Below, piece by piece: positions 22,010 through 34,709 of a DNA stretch of 64,000 bases. The stretch's first letter is position 1, and the number at the start of each line of letters is the position of its first letter. The stretch spans positions 4,989,784-5,053,783 of the forward strand of contig JAUPSS010000004.1 of assembly GCA_040285825.1 (NCBI GenBank), read 5' to 3'. The DNA comes from Eukaryota sp. TZLM1-RC. Lineage: Eukaryota > Protista > Metamonada: BaSk clade. Below the pieces are notes generated by a model. That model worked only from the letters and a program-made list of their open reading frames with translations, did not search any database and was not told the DNA's origin. The position numbers were made by a program, and so were the translations under genes.

Positions 22010-24780
22010 TTCTTTTTTTTAAATATAAATTTTTATTGAAATAAAATTCTATCTAATATTCAATATCCTCCAAATAAGCACCACTATTACTAAACCTACT
22101 CACAGCATTTCGTTCATATTCTACACCAATAACTAAAAGAGCTTTAGAAATCATTGTTGGAATAGACTTCAAGATGCAAAAAAACAATTCTTTTTAACCA
22201 GAAAGTGGAATTCAGTTTTTTACGAGATCCATTTTGTAAAACTTTTTTGAAGTTTTCAAAACAATGTAATCCTGAAGGTCCAATGTTTCCAAAAAGAGAA
22301 ATTGCAAACAGCACAAACTGATATTTCACACGTTTGACTCTACCTAATTGTGCCAATGGTTCTTCATATTTCTTTATCTTCGTTTTTCGACGTTAAACAG
22401 TGGCGAATCAGCGGAATACACTAAACGAGCAGCAGAATTGTTGCAGACATCTACTAAGACAACATCGACAACATCAAGAACACCATCGATCCCTGGAGCT
22501 AAAATCTGCCCTTCTTTTACCAAAGGAATCATCAGTTTGATCTGGAGATAGCTTACGCACTAAAGGTTCAAGAAAAGCCTCTATAATGAAACTTTTACAC
22601 ATACCATATAATTGATCACGAACTGAATCATGAACAATTGAGCGATAGATTATAAAATATTTGCAGTTTAAAATACGGGAAAGTGTAACCACATTCTTGC
22701 AGCGACAAATTAAATCATTTGGTAACGAACAAGGCCATAAGAAACATCTCATTCTCATAGCAGTGGTCCATTGGTGATCATTGAGTAGAAGGCCATAAAT
22801 TTTGGGAACTTGGGAGATGGATTTGCCGATTGGAATGTTTTTTTAATAACAACACAAAGTTCTACTATTTTTGCTTTAAATGAAGAAATTTCAAAAATCG
22901 ATGTAGGAAAATGGAGTCGATGCTTTCCACAATCATTCAATGGCAATATTCCAGAAAAGAATTATTTAACTTTAAAATACACTCTTCGAATATTGCAGAA
23001 ACGACTGACTGGAAAGTAAGAAAATGATTTTTATAATAATATATGCAGCTCAGCTGTTTTAAATCAAGATCTCCACTCATTTTTATTGGAAGAAGGTGTT
23101 TGTGAAAATCAGTAATCAGATTCTTCACTGTTTGTGACCATTGTACCACGAAGATTTGGACTGTGTGCTAATAATGAAGCGTTTGTAACAAAAATGAGAT
23201 TATATTTGAATATTCCCATTAAGCAATTATTATTAAAAGAAAAATGTGACTGTTCGAATTCAGATCACTTTGTGGCATGCTCTGAAATGTTCGAAATTGA
23301 TAAAGTATCGTTCTTCATTACTTGATGCTGTTAGAGACACTGTCAAAAAATGACCAAGCAAAACAAAAGAGGTCCTTAAGGATCTCCTTGATTTACATTA
23401 CTTGATGATTTCAAAATAGAAAACCAAAATGCAACTTAGAATTTGTGCAATATGTCGATTGGAAATAAGGCAAATATTCCGGCAAATATTATAACAAAGC
23501 ACCATGAATAGTGCAACGACTGAGTCAATTGAATGGATTACTAAAATCCAATGACATACAAACATTGGATTCATTTTGGCGAAATTATACATCTGTAGCA
23601 AATATCGCTGAAGAAACTCCATCAGTGGTATTAATTCCATATTGAAAGGGCAATAAAAGTGTTTCTGCTTTTTCATTGAATCCGTGTAAGCAGCAAGCAG
23701 AAACAAATATTATGCATGCTTTCAGAGATCGCAATAGGACGAACATCTATTTTTGAATTTTTGACAAGTGAAGTCCAAAGCGAACTTCTTAATTCTCCAG
23801 CATACTGAAGTTGACCAGTGAAAATTCTATTAAAAACTTGGTCAATATAACAAGTCATCTATCTAACGCCGAAAAAAAGAAGATAAAAAAATATGAAGAA
23901 CCTTTGGCACAGTTAGGTAGAGTGGAACATTTGAAATATCAGTTAGTGCCGTTTGCAATTTCTCTTTTTGGCAATATTGGACCTTCAGGGTTGCACTTTT
24001 TTGAAAATTTCCAAAAGGTGTTACTAAATAGGTGTGGTAAAACAATGAATTCCACTTTCTGGTTAAATAGAATTGTGTTTTGCATTTTCAAGTCTATTCC
24101 AACAATGAGTTCCAAGGCGCTTTTAGCTATTGGTGTAGAATATGAACGTAATGCTGTGAGTAGGTTTAGTAATAGTGACGCTTGTTTGGAGGATATTGAA
24201 TTCTAGATGGGTTTTTTTATCTCAATAAAAATTCCAGTTAAAAAAATATAACAAGACAATCCTATGATGAAATAATTGTAGCTTTGATATGATCAATCGA
24301 AAGATCAGAAAGCCCAGTAGACTTACCGCGTGGTCGTTTTTTGATCACTGAAAATACTTCTGATGCCAACAATGGATGTTTTTCCCAATAATTGCCATAA
24401 TAATTTTGATCCGTTGTTGGGTTGTCCAATGGGTGAAGGATGTTTCAGTTTATCTACAGTCTGTTGATTACTGCCAGCTTTAACACCGAAAACTTAAATC
24501 AGACAGAGCCCTCAACCACTTGTTATCAAGGTATTCGTCTTCAAAAATTTTGCTCAATTTCTCACATGGCTGTTTGCTCCGTGCATTATTAGTTAAATCT
24601 TCAGAATTATAACGAAATTTTGTTCAAAAGGAACACAAAATGAACCAAAAAGTTCCCGGTAAATGTTGATAGCATATTTTCCCTTACATAATTGATCAAC
24701 AAATTTTTTAAAAACGAAAACAAATTCATTGCATTTCGATGGATGTATTTCTTGAGGTATTTTTATGGGATGATGGCTAT
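22010..24780. mobile_element. Mosaic of non-LTR fragments: family B (-) 22030-22810, family A (+) 22810-23350, family A RT (-) 23350-24780 interrupted by family B (+) 23855-24244
   Basis: Direct similarity to family A and B copies elsewhere in the window; 11-bp TSD AATATAACAAG at 23844-23854 and 24245-24255. Confidence 0.85.
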
Positions 24781-25029
24781 TGTCGTAATTGCAATAGTTT
24801 CAATATAGAGACTTTTATTGAACTGTGAGTTTGTAAGCTATCTCTAGATCAAACTGATGATTATAACAAAACTTTAAAACTATTTGTGGAAGTCGTCCCA
24901 TTAGTTATGATTTAATTTAATCAAGTGTGCAAATTCAATAAATTAATTTGTGGAAAAAGTGAAATTCCAAAGTTCTAGTGTTACCACTTATCAAAAAAAA
25001 TTAAATATTTATTATAAATACAAGAAAAA

Positions 25030-27642
25030 TCACCTATTAATACAAAATCCGCCTCCTACAAACGTCGGAACATTATCAGGTACCTCTACCTCTAAAGGTG
25101 GCTGCTGGTGCTCATTCTGTTCTTTCTTTTGCTGCTTCCTCTTCAACTCAAAATACTTGCTCTGAGTTTGTTTTAACTCGCCCTTTAAGCTATCAATTTC
25201 ATAAGTTAATTCCTGAACTTGAACCTGATATTGGTTAAGTTCAGCAACCATAACCTTTAGTTGCTTTGTCTTTTCCCTAATTTCATTTCGAAGTAAATTA
25301 TTCTGTTCGGCCACCTCAATACCTGGAGAACGTTCCAAAATCTTCCGAAGTTCATCAAATAATTTTTCTTTTTCTTCAATCAGCATGTTCTTGGCAACGA
25401 CTTCTTCAGTCTTTGCTATTAATCTTCTCTGTAATGTCTGTACCTTCTGAATAAGTTCGTAAACATCAGGATTTGTGGCCTCCAAGGTTCTCCATCTATG
25501 AACATTCAGAGGATTTTCCAGCTCCTCACTCAATGCAGTGACTTTGGTTTTTTCCCTATATAATTCTTTTTGTAACCTGTAAACCTGGGCCTTGAGATCC
25601 TTAACAAGTTTTGAAGACTTGACCAAATTAGCCAATTCTCTTCTCAAATCCGAAATCTTTAATTTTAATAATCTAATGTCTTCTAATCTTTGTTTGAATT
25701 GTACTTCTCCTTTTGACATTATCGACTGTTGAATCCTAATTTTTTCATATAAAAGTGCCAGCTCATCATTACGTCTAATCAACTGACTTCCCAAGATGTC
25801 TCTCTCAGTCAAAACTTCTTCGTAAAGCTTTTGTTGACGAACCCTATCTGCATCAGCTTCATTAATAATTTTTAATAATTTAGTAATTTGATTTTCTTGA
25901 TTTTCACACAATTCATGAACCTTTTCAGCTTGACCTTCCATTTTCTTAACCTCTGACTTCAACGCGTCTCTTTCTTTCTCCAGCTTAACTCTATCAAAAT
26001 GTTCTCTAATAAGTGACGTGTCTTTTTTCGTAATTTCTTCCTTTAACTGTTTGATCTGCTGATTCATAATCTTAAACTTCCTGCCCATTTCTAGAGCCTC
26101 ATCCTGAGTCTCTATTAGTTGTTTGTTATAAAGATTTCTGTCAGTACGAACAGCTTCATATAAAGACAACTGCTGTTTTAACTTTGCTTCGGTCTCGTTA
26201 ATCTTACGCTGATGGTCTTCTATCGTGGCTTCTTGCATCCTTATCCTGTCATGTGCCTTGTAGAGTTTATTAGTAGCATCTGAACTCATAGATGCGTACT
26301 TATCTTGTTCTCGTTGAAGACGTTCAATCTCCTTCCGCTGATTCTCAATATCTTTCTTATAAGCACTAATCTCTCTTTCCAATTCTTGTTTTTCAGACTC
26401 GGCTGCTCGATTAAGCTCAGCAGTGGCATCAGTCTTATCTTCTTCCCGTCGCACCCTTTTTTCCAATGAATTGATCTGTCGGACTAGCTGATCTGATTTT
26501 CTTTTTTCTTCTTGTTCAGATTTCTTTGCAGATTCAAGCTCTCTAGTGGTCAACTCCAAACTTCTTCTTAATTCAGACTGCTGGTTTTCCAGATCAGTCT
26601 TGGTTCTTGAAAGCTCAGCATATTTACGTTCAAGATTCCGACACCCAGACTCAGATTTGTGTAGTTGGTTCTTCAAATCAGTAACCTCTCTTGCCCGAGA
26701 AGCAACCTCATCTTGCAATTCTTTACGTTCCCGCTCCAACATGGCAACCATTGAAGCTCTTTCATTAAGTTGACCCTCCAGCTTCCCCACTTTGGACTGT
26801 AACTGAGTCAAAACCTGTGCACGATGTTCTACATTGGTTTGAGTATCAGAAAGACTAGCTTGCAGCTCTGAAATTTCTTTCCTGGCCGCATCCACAGATT
26901 GCTGCTTCTCATCCAATTCTTTTTGTCTTCGTTCGAGTTCAGAAGTGACTCTTTTAAGGTTAAGCTCCACACCAGCTCTTTTCCTTTTTTGGGATTCAAC
27001 TTCGCTTTTTTTGGTAGTCAATTCTGATCTTAATGAGTGCAGTTCGTTTTCAAGAGCTAGTCTTTCATTTTCTACTGTTTTGACCTTTTCCAGCTCAGCA
27101 GTCAGCTGTGATCTAAGAGAGAGGACCATTTGGACCTTATCATCCCTTTCTTGTATAAGTGTTTGTTTCTCCTCTATTAATTCCTTCATTGCGCTTTGCT
27201 GGGAAGCGGAGAGCCCGGCATCCTTTTGACAGACACTTTGTAAATGGTCAATTTCTTCCTTGAGGCGAAGAATGGTTTCCCTGGCCTGCTCTTCCTTCTT
27301 TTGGTAGGCTTCAATGACTCTTTTGAGCTTATCTACTTCACGAACAGCAGATCTGTAGTTGTTGGCATCAGTTTCATTTTGTTTGAGAACAGAAGAGACT
27401 TTAGCAGCGTTAGCGAGAATTTCTTCATGGAGGACCTTACATTTATCGGCAAGACGTTTTTCCCCTTCATGAGAGCGTTTGAGGGCGCGCCAGAGTTTGA
27501 GATATTCCTTCTTGAATTGATCAAGAGAGCTGTCGTTTTCAATATCTTGAAGAACTTGACTGAATTCTTGCTCAAGTTGTGCAAAGTTCTCATCAGAAAG
27601 GATCTGAGTTGCCTGAGGATCAAGTTCCCCAGTTTTGCTCAT
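25030..27642 (-). CDS. CFAP58: Cilia- and flagella-associated protein 58
   Basis: ~870-aa coiled coil with LYEAVRTDRNLY, ERDILGSQLIRRNDELALLYEK and ELENPLNVHRWR. Start assigned to MSKTGE. Confidence 0.95.
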   Translation of the reverse strand: MSKTGELDPQATQILSDENFAQLEQEFSQVLQDIENDSSLDQFKKEYLKLWRALKRSHEGEKRLADKCKVLHEEILANAAKVSSVLKQNETDANNYRSAVREVDKLKRVIEAYQKKEEQARETILRLKEEIDHLQSVCQKDAGLSASQQSAMKELIEEKQTLIQERDDKVQMVLSLRSQLTAELEKVKTVENERLALENELHSLRSELTTKKSEVESQKRKRAGVELNLKRVTSELERRQKELDEKQQSVDAARKEISELQASLSDTQTNVEHRAQVLTQLQSKVGKLEGQLNERASMVAMLERERKELQDEVASRAREVTDLKNQLHKSESGCRNLERKYAELSRTKTDLENQQSELRRSLELTTRELESAKKSEQEEKRKSDQLVRQINSLEKRVRREEDKTDATAELNRAAESEKQELEREISAYKKDIENQRKEIERLQREQDKYASMSSDATNKLYKAHDRIRMQEATIEDHQRKINETEAKLKQQLSLYEAVRTDRNLYNKQLIETQDEALEMGRKFKIMNQQIKQLKEEITKKDTSLIREHFDRVKLEKERDALKSEVKKMEGQAEKVHELCENQENQITKLLKIINEADADRVRQQKLYEEVLTERDILGSQLIRRNDELALLYEKIRIQQSIMSKGEVQFKQRLEDIRLLKLKISDLRRELANLVKSSKLVKDLKAQVYRLQKELYREKTKVTALSEELENPLNVHRWRTLEATNPDVYELIQKVQTLQRRLIAKTEEVVAKNMLIEEKEKLFDELRKILERSPGIEVAEQNNLLRNEIREKTKQLKVMVAELNQYQVQVQELTYEIDSLKGELKQTQSKYFELKRKQQKKEQNEHQQPPLEVEVPDNVPTFVGGGFCINR

Positions 27643-27708
27643 TGTAAGTGGTAATTGAAAGGCGGTTGGAGTAAACAAGTTTTCAGTCTTCAAATTCTTC
27701 ATCACTTC

Positions 27709-28884
27709 ATGTCATCTATGATACAGGAGCCCACATGCTCGGATCCTGTATGCGTGGAGCTTTCACAACATGTCATCCGTCTCCAAAACTTACTTCATCA
27801 TCACAACATAGATCCTAATGAATCCACACTTTACCCAACCTCTCCACAGATCACCACTCCTAATCCAGACTTCCTGTACACCATTGCTCAACTCCGACAA
27901 CAAATACATTCCCAATCGTCACTTATCCAAGACCAAGCTCTGATGATACAGCGACTAGAAGGTTGTGATACACTCAGTGAATCTTCCTCGACTACAGACA
28001 TTCTCCAAGTCGTCCAGGAGGAAACCAAACTACTCCACAACGAGGTTAATCTTTTGAGGACTACTTTTGAAGTTGAGCTCGATTCTAGTCGTAAGCTACT
28101 CTCCACCTACCAAGAACAATTAAACTCAGCTAATAAAGACATTCAATCCTTGGAAACTCAGTTGGAAGAAAGTTGTGCTATATCTGATCAAATGACCAAA
28201 GTAGCAGAACAGCTTCAAACCAACCTTGACAGAATGACTGAAGGCAATGGGGTAGGAGGAGACTGGGAGGAGAGGGCTTTGGAAGCTGAAAGGAGGCTTG
28301 AGGAGCAGAATGAAGAGTTTAGCCAACGTGCGAGAGAGCTGTCAGAAGTGTATGGTGATATGAAGAATGAGCTAGAGAAGGTCAAAAAGGAACGTGATGA
28401 TCTTAAAAAGATTTCAATTGATGGGCAATCGGAGTTAATTGCAGAATTTCAATCAAAAATTCGTGAGTTGACCGTTTTAAATGAAGATTTGACAATAAGA
28501 AATTCTAGAACTTTTTCCGAGCTAAAAAGAGCTGTCTATTTACTTACAAGAGAAGAAGAAAAAACCAAAAAGCTGTCAAGTCTTTTGTCGTCTTCACAAT
28601 CAGCTCTTTCCCTCACTACCAGACTGCTCTCTCTTCCTCCGAGGGATGCTTCCTTGATTATACAGGCAATGGTCATGATTGGACTTTACCAAGCAGGAGA
28701 AAGATTGTTGGAGGTAAGACCAGAACTCAAGGATAAAGAGGTGGGGCAAAGAAAGGAAGTTTGTCAAGTTGATAGAGATTCAGAGAAAGTTGAAGAAGAT
28801 CAAAACACCAAAAGTCTTTCATCTTCTTTTGACCAAGGAAGACTGGAAAGGTTGAAAAAACAAAGGAAACGTAAGGATAAATGA
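27709..28884 (+). CDS. Hypothetical coiled-coil protein
   Basis: Intact ~390-aa ORF divergent from CFAP58. Confidence 0.75.
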   Translation: MSSMIQEPTCSDPVCVELSQHVIRLQNLLHHHNIDPNESTLYPTSPQITTPNPDFLYTIAQLRQQIHSQSSLIQDQALMIQRLEGCDTLSESSSTTDILQVVQEETKLLHNEVNLLRTTFEVELDSSRKLLSTYQEQLNSANKDIQSLETQLEESCAISDQMTKVAEQLQTNLDRMTEGNGVGGDWEERALEAERRLEEQNEEFSQRARELSEVYGDMKNELEKVKKERDDLKKISIDGQSELIAEFQSKIRELTVLNEDLTIRNSRTFSELKRAVYLLTREEEKTKKLSSLLSSSQSALSLTTRLLSLPPRDASLIIQAMVMIGLYQAGERLLEVRPELKDKEVGQRKEVCQVDRDSEKVEEDQNTKSLSSSFDQGRLERLKKQRKRKDK

Positions 28885-29169
28885 GATTTAAGGGTTTTCT
28901 TATTATCTAATGTTGATTTTTGTTAATACTGATTTATTTTCTTTTGTAATTTAATATGGAGTTTATTTTCAAAATTTTGATTTGTATTATATAATAGCAA
29001 TTAGTTATTCAATAAAACCACACCTTTTGTTGAATTTTTGTACTATTTGTATCAGAACTTTGCCCAATTCATGCAACTTTTGTAGTGGATATTAACTTCA
29101 GCACCAATGGATTACATTTTTGAACCAACTTTTTTCTATGAAGCTTTCTTAGTGACATCAATGAGCAAG

Positions 29170-29892
29170 TAAACCTCTTTTGTTTACTCATCTTTTGAAC
29201 TGTAAACATTTCATTACGTTTAGAAGCAAAGTGCATAATAACGTCAGGGACCAAATTTATGTAATGTGCAAATCATATCGTGTAGATTCCTTTTTAGAAC
29301 CGCTGTTATCAAAATTAATTCTTGATGATCCCAATATTGATAGTATGCGTTACAACAGAGCTTCTATGGGTCTGACTAGAGGTGATCTAGTTGTTCCTGG
29401 TTTAAATGGTAGTTTTACTATTTTGGACGCCATGTCTATTGACCCTTGTAATTCCTCTAACGAACATTTCATTAACTCGGATGTAAATAATCCTCTTCTT
29501 GCAGGCGAAAAATATAAAATTGCTAAATATGCGAAACCCATTTCCTCGGTTAATGAAAATTCTCATGCCCAATATAATTTATGTCCATTTGTTTTTTCTT
29601 TGCTTGGATCTCTAGGTAAGGCTGCTATGGCTTTCCTTGAGGATTTTGTTGTAGTTGTAAAGGAAAGAACTGGAAGAATTTTCAATCGTGTTTACTGGCA
29701 AAACAGGATTGTATTTTCTATTTTTAAGGGAATGGTAACACTAATTTCTGATTCACTATCTTCTTTTGGGAAATTTTCTGAATCTTTAGCGATTAATTGT
29801 TTTGATGTAGGGGAGGCAGGTTTTGAGGATGTGGAGTTTTAATTGTGTATTTCATATTTGTTGTTGAATAAAAAGTTTTAGTTAAAAAAAAA
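29170..29892 (+). mobile_element. 5'-truncated non-LTR element (family C), RLE domain plus A-rich tail
   Basis: HLLNC..VHNNVRD, RGDLV..LD, EKYKIAKY, FEDVEF*, then AATAAA and a short A run. Confidence 0.85.
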
Positions 29893-29959
29893 TGAGCAAG
29901 TTAATTTAGAAAAATGTATTAAAGAAAATCTATGATTCTGCCTTAGAGGAACATTATGA

Positions 29960-30150
29960 AACAAAAAACAATTCCGCGTGACTTTGACATACAATAGAAT
30001 TGGTCCCTTACTGCATCATAGACTTTTGATCGGAAAGTAATAAAGTGTTTACAATTGAACAGATGATGGAGAGAAATTTTTGGTGCACATTTGCAAATCA
30101 AACTAAGAGGGACGTTATCAGGCCAGAAGAAAGATCGAGGGCGCATATTG
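29960..30150 (-). mobile_element. Non-LTR fragment (CCHC region)
   Basis: CKCAPKISLHHLFNCKHFITFRSKVYDAVRDQ. Confidence 0.75.
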
Positions 30151-30815
30151 ACTAATTAAAACACTGTTTTGGCAAGTCCTTCCCTGAAACATCAGCTAGT
30201 CTGCTGTCGCAATAATAGTGTTGAATGAGTGTAGAGCTCTTGATGGGATTGGCAACGCAAACAATTTCATGAATGATTTGGTATGTCCAAACTGACCAGA
30301 AAAGAAACGATTGAGGTACAGACAAAAATAACAAGAACCTGTGGGTTGTTAAATTTTGGTTCTTGTTTTAGTTAGAAGCTATATCAAATAACTCACTTTT
30401 GATTAAATTTAGAAGAAAAAACCACATCAAATTTATGAAACAAACTGAGAGTGATGCACTAGAGTGTGGTGGACATGGAATCTAGTGTTAACTACATCAC
30501 GTTACAACAGTAAAACTCGACCAATAATAAGCAGAGTCATGGGAGAAAGAATAATAGAGACCATCAACTTCTGTGAAAGTACAATTATGTAGAGAAGTTA
30601 CCCTTAATAACACCAAGGATGATTACATCTAACAGGTTAATGTTAAAGCATTGGTGATGTAAAGGAAAAACAATACCCCGAGCTCACATAACAAATAGGT
30701 AGTAATGCTTGTCATATAGAGAAACCTTGATGTAATTTTGTTGCTAGAGAGATAAGTCTCATTAAAACTGATAAAGAAAATAATCATATCTCCTTCTTTT
30801 TGCTTCACTGTTGTC

Positions 30816-31208
30816 ATGAAACACGTTGCTGCTTATCTCCTCGCTGTTCTTGGTGGAAACAGAGACCCAAGTGTTGAAGATGTCACTGGTATTATTGCCT
30901 CCATCGGCGGTTCAGCTGATCCCGATGCCACTGCCAAGTTAGTTTCTGAACTCAAGGGTAAGGACATCGAAGAAGTCCGTATGTTTTTTATTGTTCACAC
31001 TTATCCAAGTTGCCGAAGGCAGAACTAAGTTAGCTTCCGTTCCAAGTGCCGCTCCCGCCGGTACTGCTGCCGTCACAGCTGCTGAAGCTGCTCCCGTCGA
31101 AGAAGAGAAGGTCGAAGAAGAAGAAGTCGAAGAGGATATTGGTGGTTTCGATCTTGTATGTTCAGTACTCTGCTCTCACATCAGTTCGGAGATGATGATG
31201 ATTGGTAA
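30816..31208 (+). CDS. RPLP2: 60S acidic ribosomal protein P2; introns 30979-31009 and 31156-31184
   Basis: MKHVAAYLLAVLGG; spliced ...EEVLAEGRTKLASVP...GGFDLFGDDDDW*. Confidence 0.95.
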
Positions 31209-31875
31209 GCTATTTCCTCTCTATATTCTTTTTGTCAAGCATCAAATCTGTAGTTTTGCCCAGTATATACTTAGTGTTGTAGTGCAATGTGTACTAATTA
31301 AACGTCAGGTCGACCTTTGTCTCATTGTTTTACTTATATTCAAATAATTATATGTTCTGAGTTGGTCAGAATTAGTGGTGTGTAATGAGCACTACCTGAT
31401 CATTAGTCAAAAGCCGTTATTTTGTTTCTACGTGGGACGAAGAGATTTATTTTTGCCTTATCTTAGCTTATCTTAATACTCCTTAGTGTTTTGAATTGTC
31501 TACAAACATTTATCTATGCTACCTGTTGCTTTTTTTGGAAAATTTGTCAGACAAATAAATTAAATTAGAGACAGATGATTGGACAGGTAAATTGGGACAG
31601 GTGAATATGAAATTGATATGGAAGTTTACTATTATTAGTAAATTCTTTTTAGTGGATCTAAGATTATAAAAAAGAGAATTTTCCTATACAATTTCCCTAA
31701 AATTTTTTTGACAAAATATCATTGTTGCAGAACATGTAGAGATCAGAAATGCTTTAATATTCACCAACTTATAAAAAAACAAAAGTGTATCGCAAAACTG
31801 ACTGAAAAGGCGACTGAGGTTTTGTCAACTGAGGAAGCAAAAATACATTATCCCACAAACAACTGAGAAGTGCTA

Positions 31876-32414
31876 TTATAGAAAATCTATTCTCCTACAA
31901 TTAAAGCACAGTATGAACATACATGTCTAGAGCATCCTCTCCATCAGCATAATAACCTTTTTCTGTTGTATGAATTCTGTATCCAAGAACCTCATGATAC
32001 ATATGGTACGCTGCTGCATTAGAGACACGGACATGAAGAGAGCAATACTTGGCCCCAAAAACTTCTCTGTGGTAAGTTCAGAATTACAAATATACTTCAT
32101 CATTTTATGTGCTAATCGCATCATTTTGGTGGCTAGACCAAGTTTACGATGCGTCCGTATCACCGCAACAGAAGTTATGTGACCATGTGGAATTTGAGCA
32201 TTTTCCTCCCTAAAGTTAGGGGAAAGAGAACCTACATTTTGGAGAGAACGTAACCTACAATCGATCCACAATCCTCTGCAACCCATAAAAGCTGTGGCCA
32301 TGTTGTAGCGTGATATAAGTAATATTTAAGATTATAGTTTTCAGGTAGACAATGAAGATTACAATCTTGAACTAAGGGAAGATCATCAGGAGTTGCAAGT
32401 CTGATAGAGACCAT
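31876..32414 (-). CDS. NAA10: N-alpha-acetyltransferase 10 (NatA catalytic subunit); introns 32210-32235, 32067-32095, 31895-31922
   Basis: [47 protein letters not shown] after splicing. Confidence 0.95.
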
Positions 32415-32499
32415 TTGAAATCTGTGAAGTGAGTTTTGACCTATTTTATTTTTATTTGAGATTATATATCATTGTTTTTCACGTTATCTTTTTTTATTC

Positions 32500-32720
32500 T
32501 ACCAATTATATTAAAAACCTATAATTCAACATTTAAATAATCCATCTCTCCCAAAACAAAACAACTAGATGCAACTCTCTCATAGTGAGATCCAAGAGAA
32601 AGCAAAGCATCTGAAACCATCTTCAACATCCCCTTAAAAATAGAAAACACAATTCTATTTTGCCAAAACAATCTGTTGAAACTTTTGTTAGTTCTTCTCT
32701 TTACAATCATTTCAAATGCT
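32500..32720 (-). mobile_element. 3' fragment of family C-like non-LTR element
   Basis: FWQNRIVFSIFKGM...YLNVEL*; nearly the same sequence occurs on + at 39470-39670. Confidence 0.75.
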
Positions 32721-33361
32721 GCCAAAAACAATAAATAAAAATATTTCATTTTACATACAAAGTATACAAAGTATACAAGGTCTATTTCAATCGAATTGGA
32801 AAGTCATGGCAAAGATCAATGTAGTTGATAATTTTGCAATGATCTTTGTTCAATTTGCCCTCTTGAAAACAAGGTCCAGCAAAGAATCAAACTTGTAATA
32901 GAGAAATCTAAACTGTTTTAGTAATGGTACCTTCTTATTACTTAGCAGTCATTAATCTTTGAGTGTTTTGATGTAATTTTCGTGTTCCTTTAATATCCCT
33001 ATTTCAATGAACCAAAATTGGTAACAAAACAGATTGTTGGAATTGTGTAAGCTACTAATTACGAACAACAATAAGCAAGATGCAGTGTGTTAAAGTAATG
33101 ATCCACAGTGGAACAAATGATACAGAAGATGTGAACACTACTTCTATGGTACTAGAAGCACAAAACCTTATTATAGAAGTATAGAACAGAGTGTGTACTG
33201 GAACTGTCAACATTGACCATTTTAATGCATGGTCAATTTGTCGACATGACTTTCCGGATTGGAGATGTATGGTGATGTGATTTGGCGCTATTTTTCAGAA
33301 GTTTCCATTTCCCAAGTCAAGTTTCAAATCTTCTTGTATTTAAACTGCTTTTACATCACTC

Positions 33362-34025
33362 ATGGCTGCTACAGGTGTTGATTATCAAGTTGTTGTCGTC
33401 GGTAGCGGAGGTTTGTCGTCATTGTTAAGCTCACTCTAGGTGTCGGTAAGAGTGCTCTCAGTGCCCGCTTTGTCCTGGGCAAGTTTCTTGAACGTGTACG
33501 TGATCTCTTTTGGTTGCTCACAACAGTATGACCCAACAATAGAAGATTCCTATCGCAAGGCCGTCGATGTTGACGGTTCCGCACTCAGGCTCGAAATTAT
33601 GGATACTGCTGGTTTGTGTTTGCTCTGTTTTGACCCTAGGCCAGGATGAATATGACTCCATTCGTGAACAATATCTCCAAGGAGGAAATGGTTTCCTCCT
33701 TGTTTATGCCATTGACTCTCAAGAAAGTTTCGACAAGGCTGTTTCACTTCGGGACCAAATCCTCAGTTTGCAAAACAGACAAGATGTTCCCATTGTTCTT
33801 GTAGGCAATAAGTGTGATCTCGAAGATGCTCGCGCTGTCACTAATGATGAAGGAAAACTGCTGGCAGAAAAGTTTGGCTGTGAGTTTTTTGAAACCAGTG
33901 CTAAAGAAGAAGTCAACGTAGATGAGGCATTTTATGCTCTTGTTCGAGCTGTTATGAATGATTCCTCCTTAAAACCATTAGCATCTCAAAGTGGTAAAAA
34001 GAAGAGTTTTTGCTCCATCCTTTAA
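33362..34025 (+). CDS. Ras-family small GTPase (Ras/Rap-like); introns 33411-33439, 33496-33526, 33612-33639
   Basis: [31 protein letters not shown] and CaaX CSIL after splicing. Confidence 0.95.
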
Positions 34026-34129
34026 AACGTTTGCACATAGTTTTTTGATCATTTGTACTAAAGTTTCTCTGCTATTGAATTTAAAAAATCTCACAAATTC
34101 ATATGTGGTTCTCACTTTGGTGGCATAAT

Positions 34130-34570
34130 GGTGAAATTTTTTCTTTCACCAACTGTTTCTTTCACCAACTCAATTAACTACCTTTTGTCTTATATGGGTC
34201 TTACATTTCAAATTTCAGCATTATGTTTGAGTAGACAGGACTCAATTTCAGACCACAAACAATTCAAGTAGAAAATGTATACGTTTGTCTATTTTTTAGT
34301 TGTGGTTGAGTCAGTTGCCCTTTATTTGCAATTATATTCAAGACAATAATTTGAAATTATCGAAGCAGCTGAAGCTTGAAGCTGGTATGTACCAGTCAGA
34401 TCCCAGAATTAATAACATTACTGTGTAAATTTTAAAAGAGGAGTATTAGATTCTATTCATTGAACAGGTAAATCTTCCTCAATTTTCACCTTAATTATAA
34501 AATCCTCTTTCACCACACCACTTCTTTCACCAACACTATTCTTTTTACCAACACTTGAACGAACACTATA
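34130..34570. repeat. Possible non-autonomous DNA element with TTCTTTCACCAAC subterminal repeats
   Basis: Motif occurs twice at 34141-34170 and about three times at 34505-34555; ends CGAACACTA. Confidence 0.3.
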
Positions 34571-34709
34571 ATAAAACATGAATCGATAATATTTTATTTT
34601 GGAACTATTAGTTATGTGGTGAGTATTAGCACTTTTAGTTACAATTAATAAAAGTGCTATTAATTGATTCTTAGAATTGATAAATTCAATTTCTTAGAAG
34701 AATAATTAA

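Noticed and set aside
27655-27705. Apparent head-to-head CDS overlaps in the ORF track (also 20872-20898 and 41381-41402)
   Set aside because: They arise from upstream or alternative start codons; downstream ATGs give non-overlapping genes.
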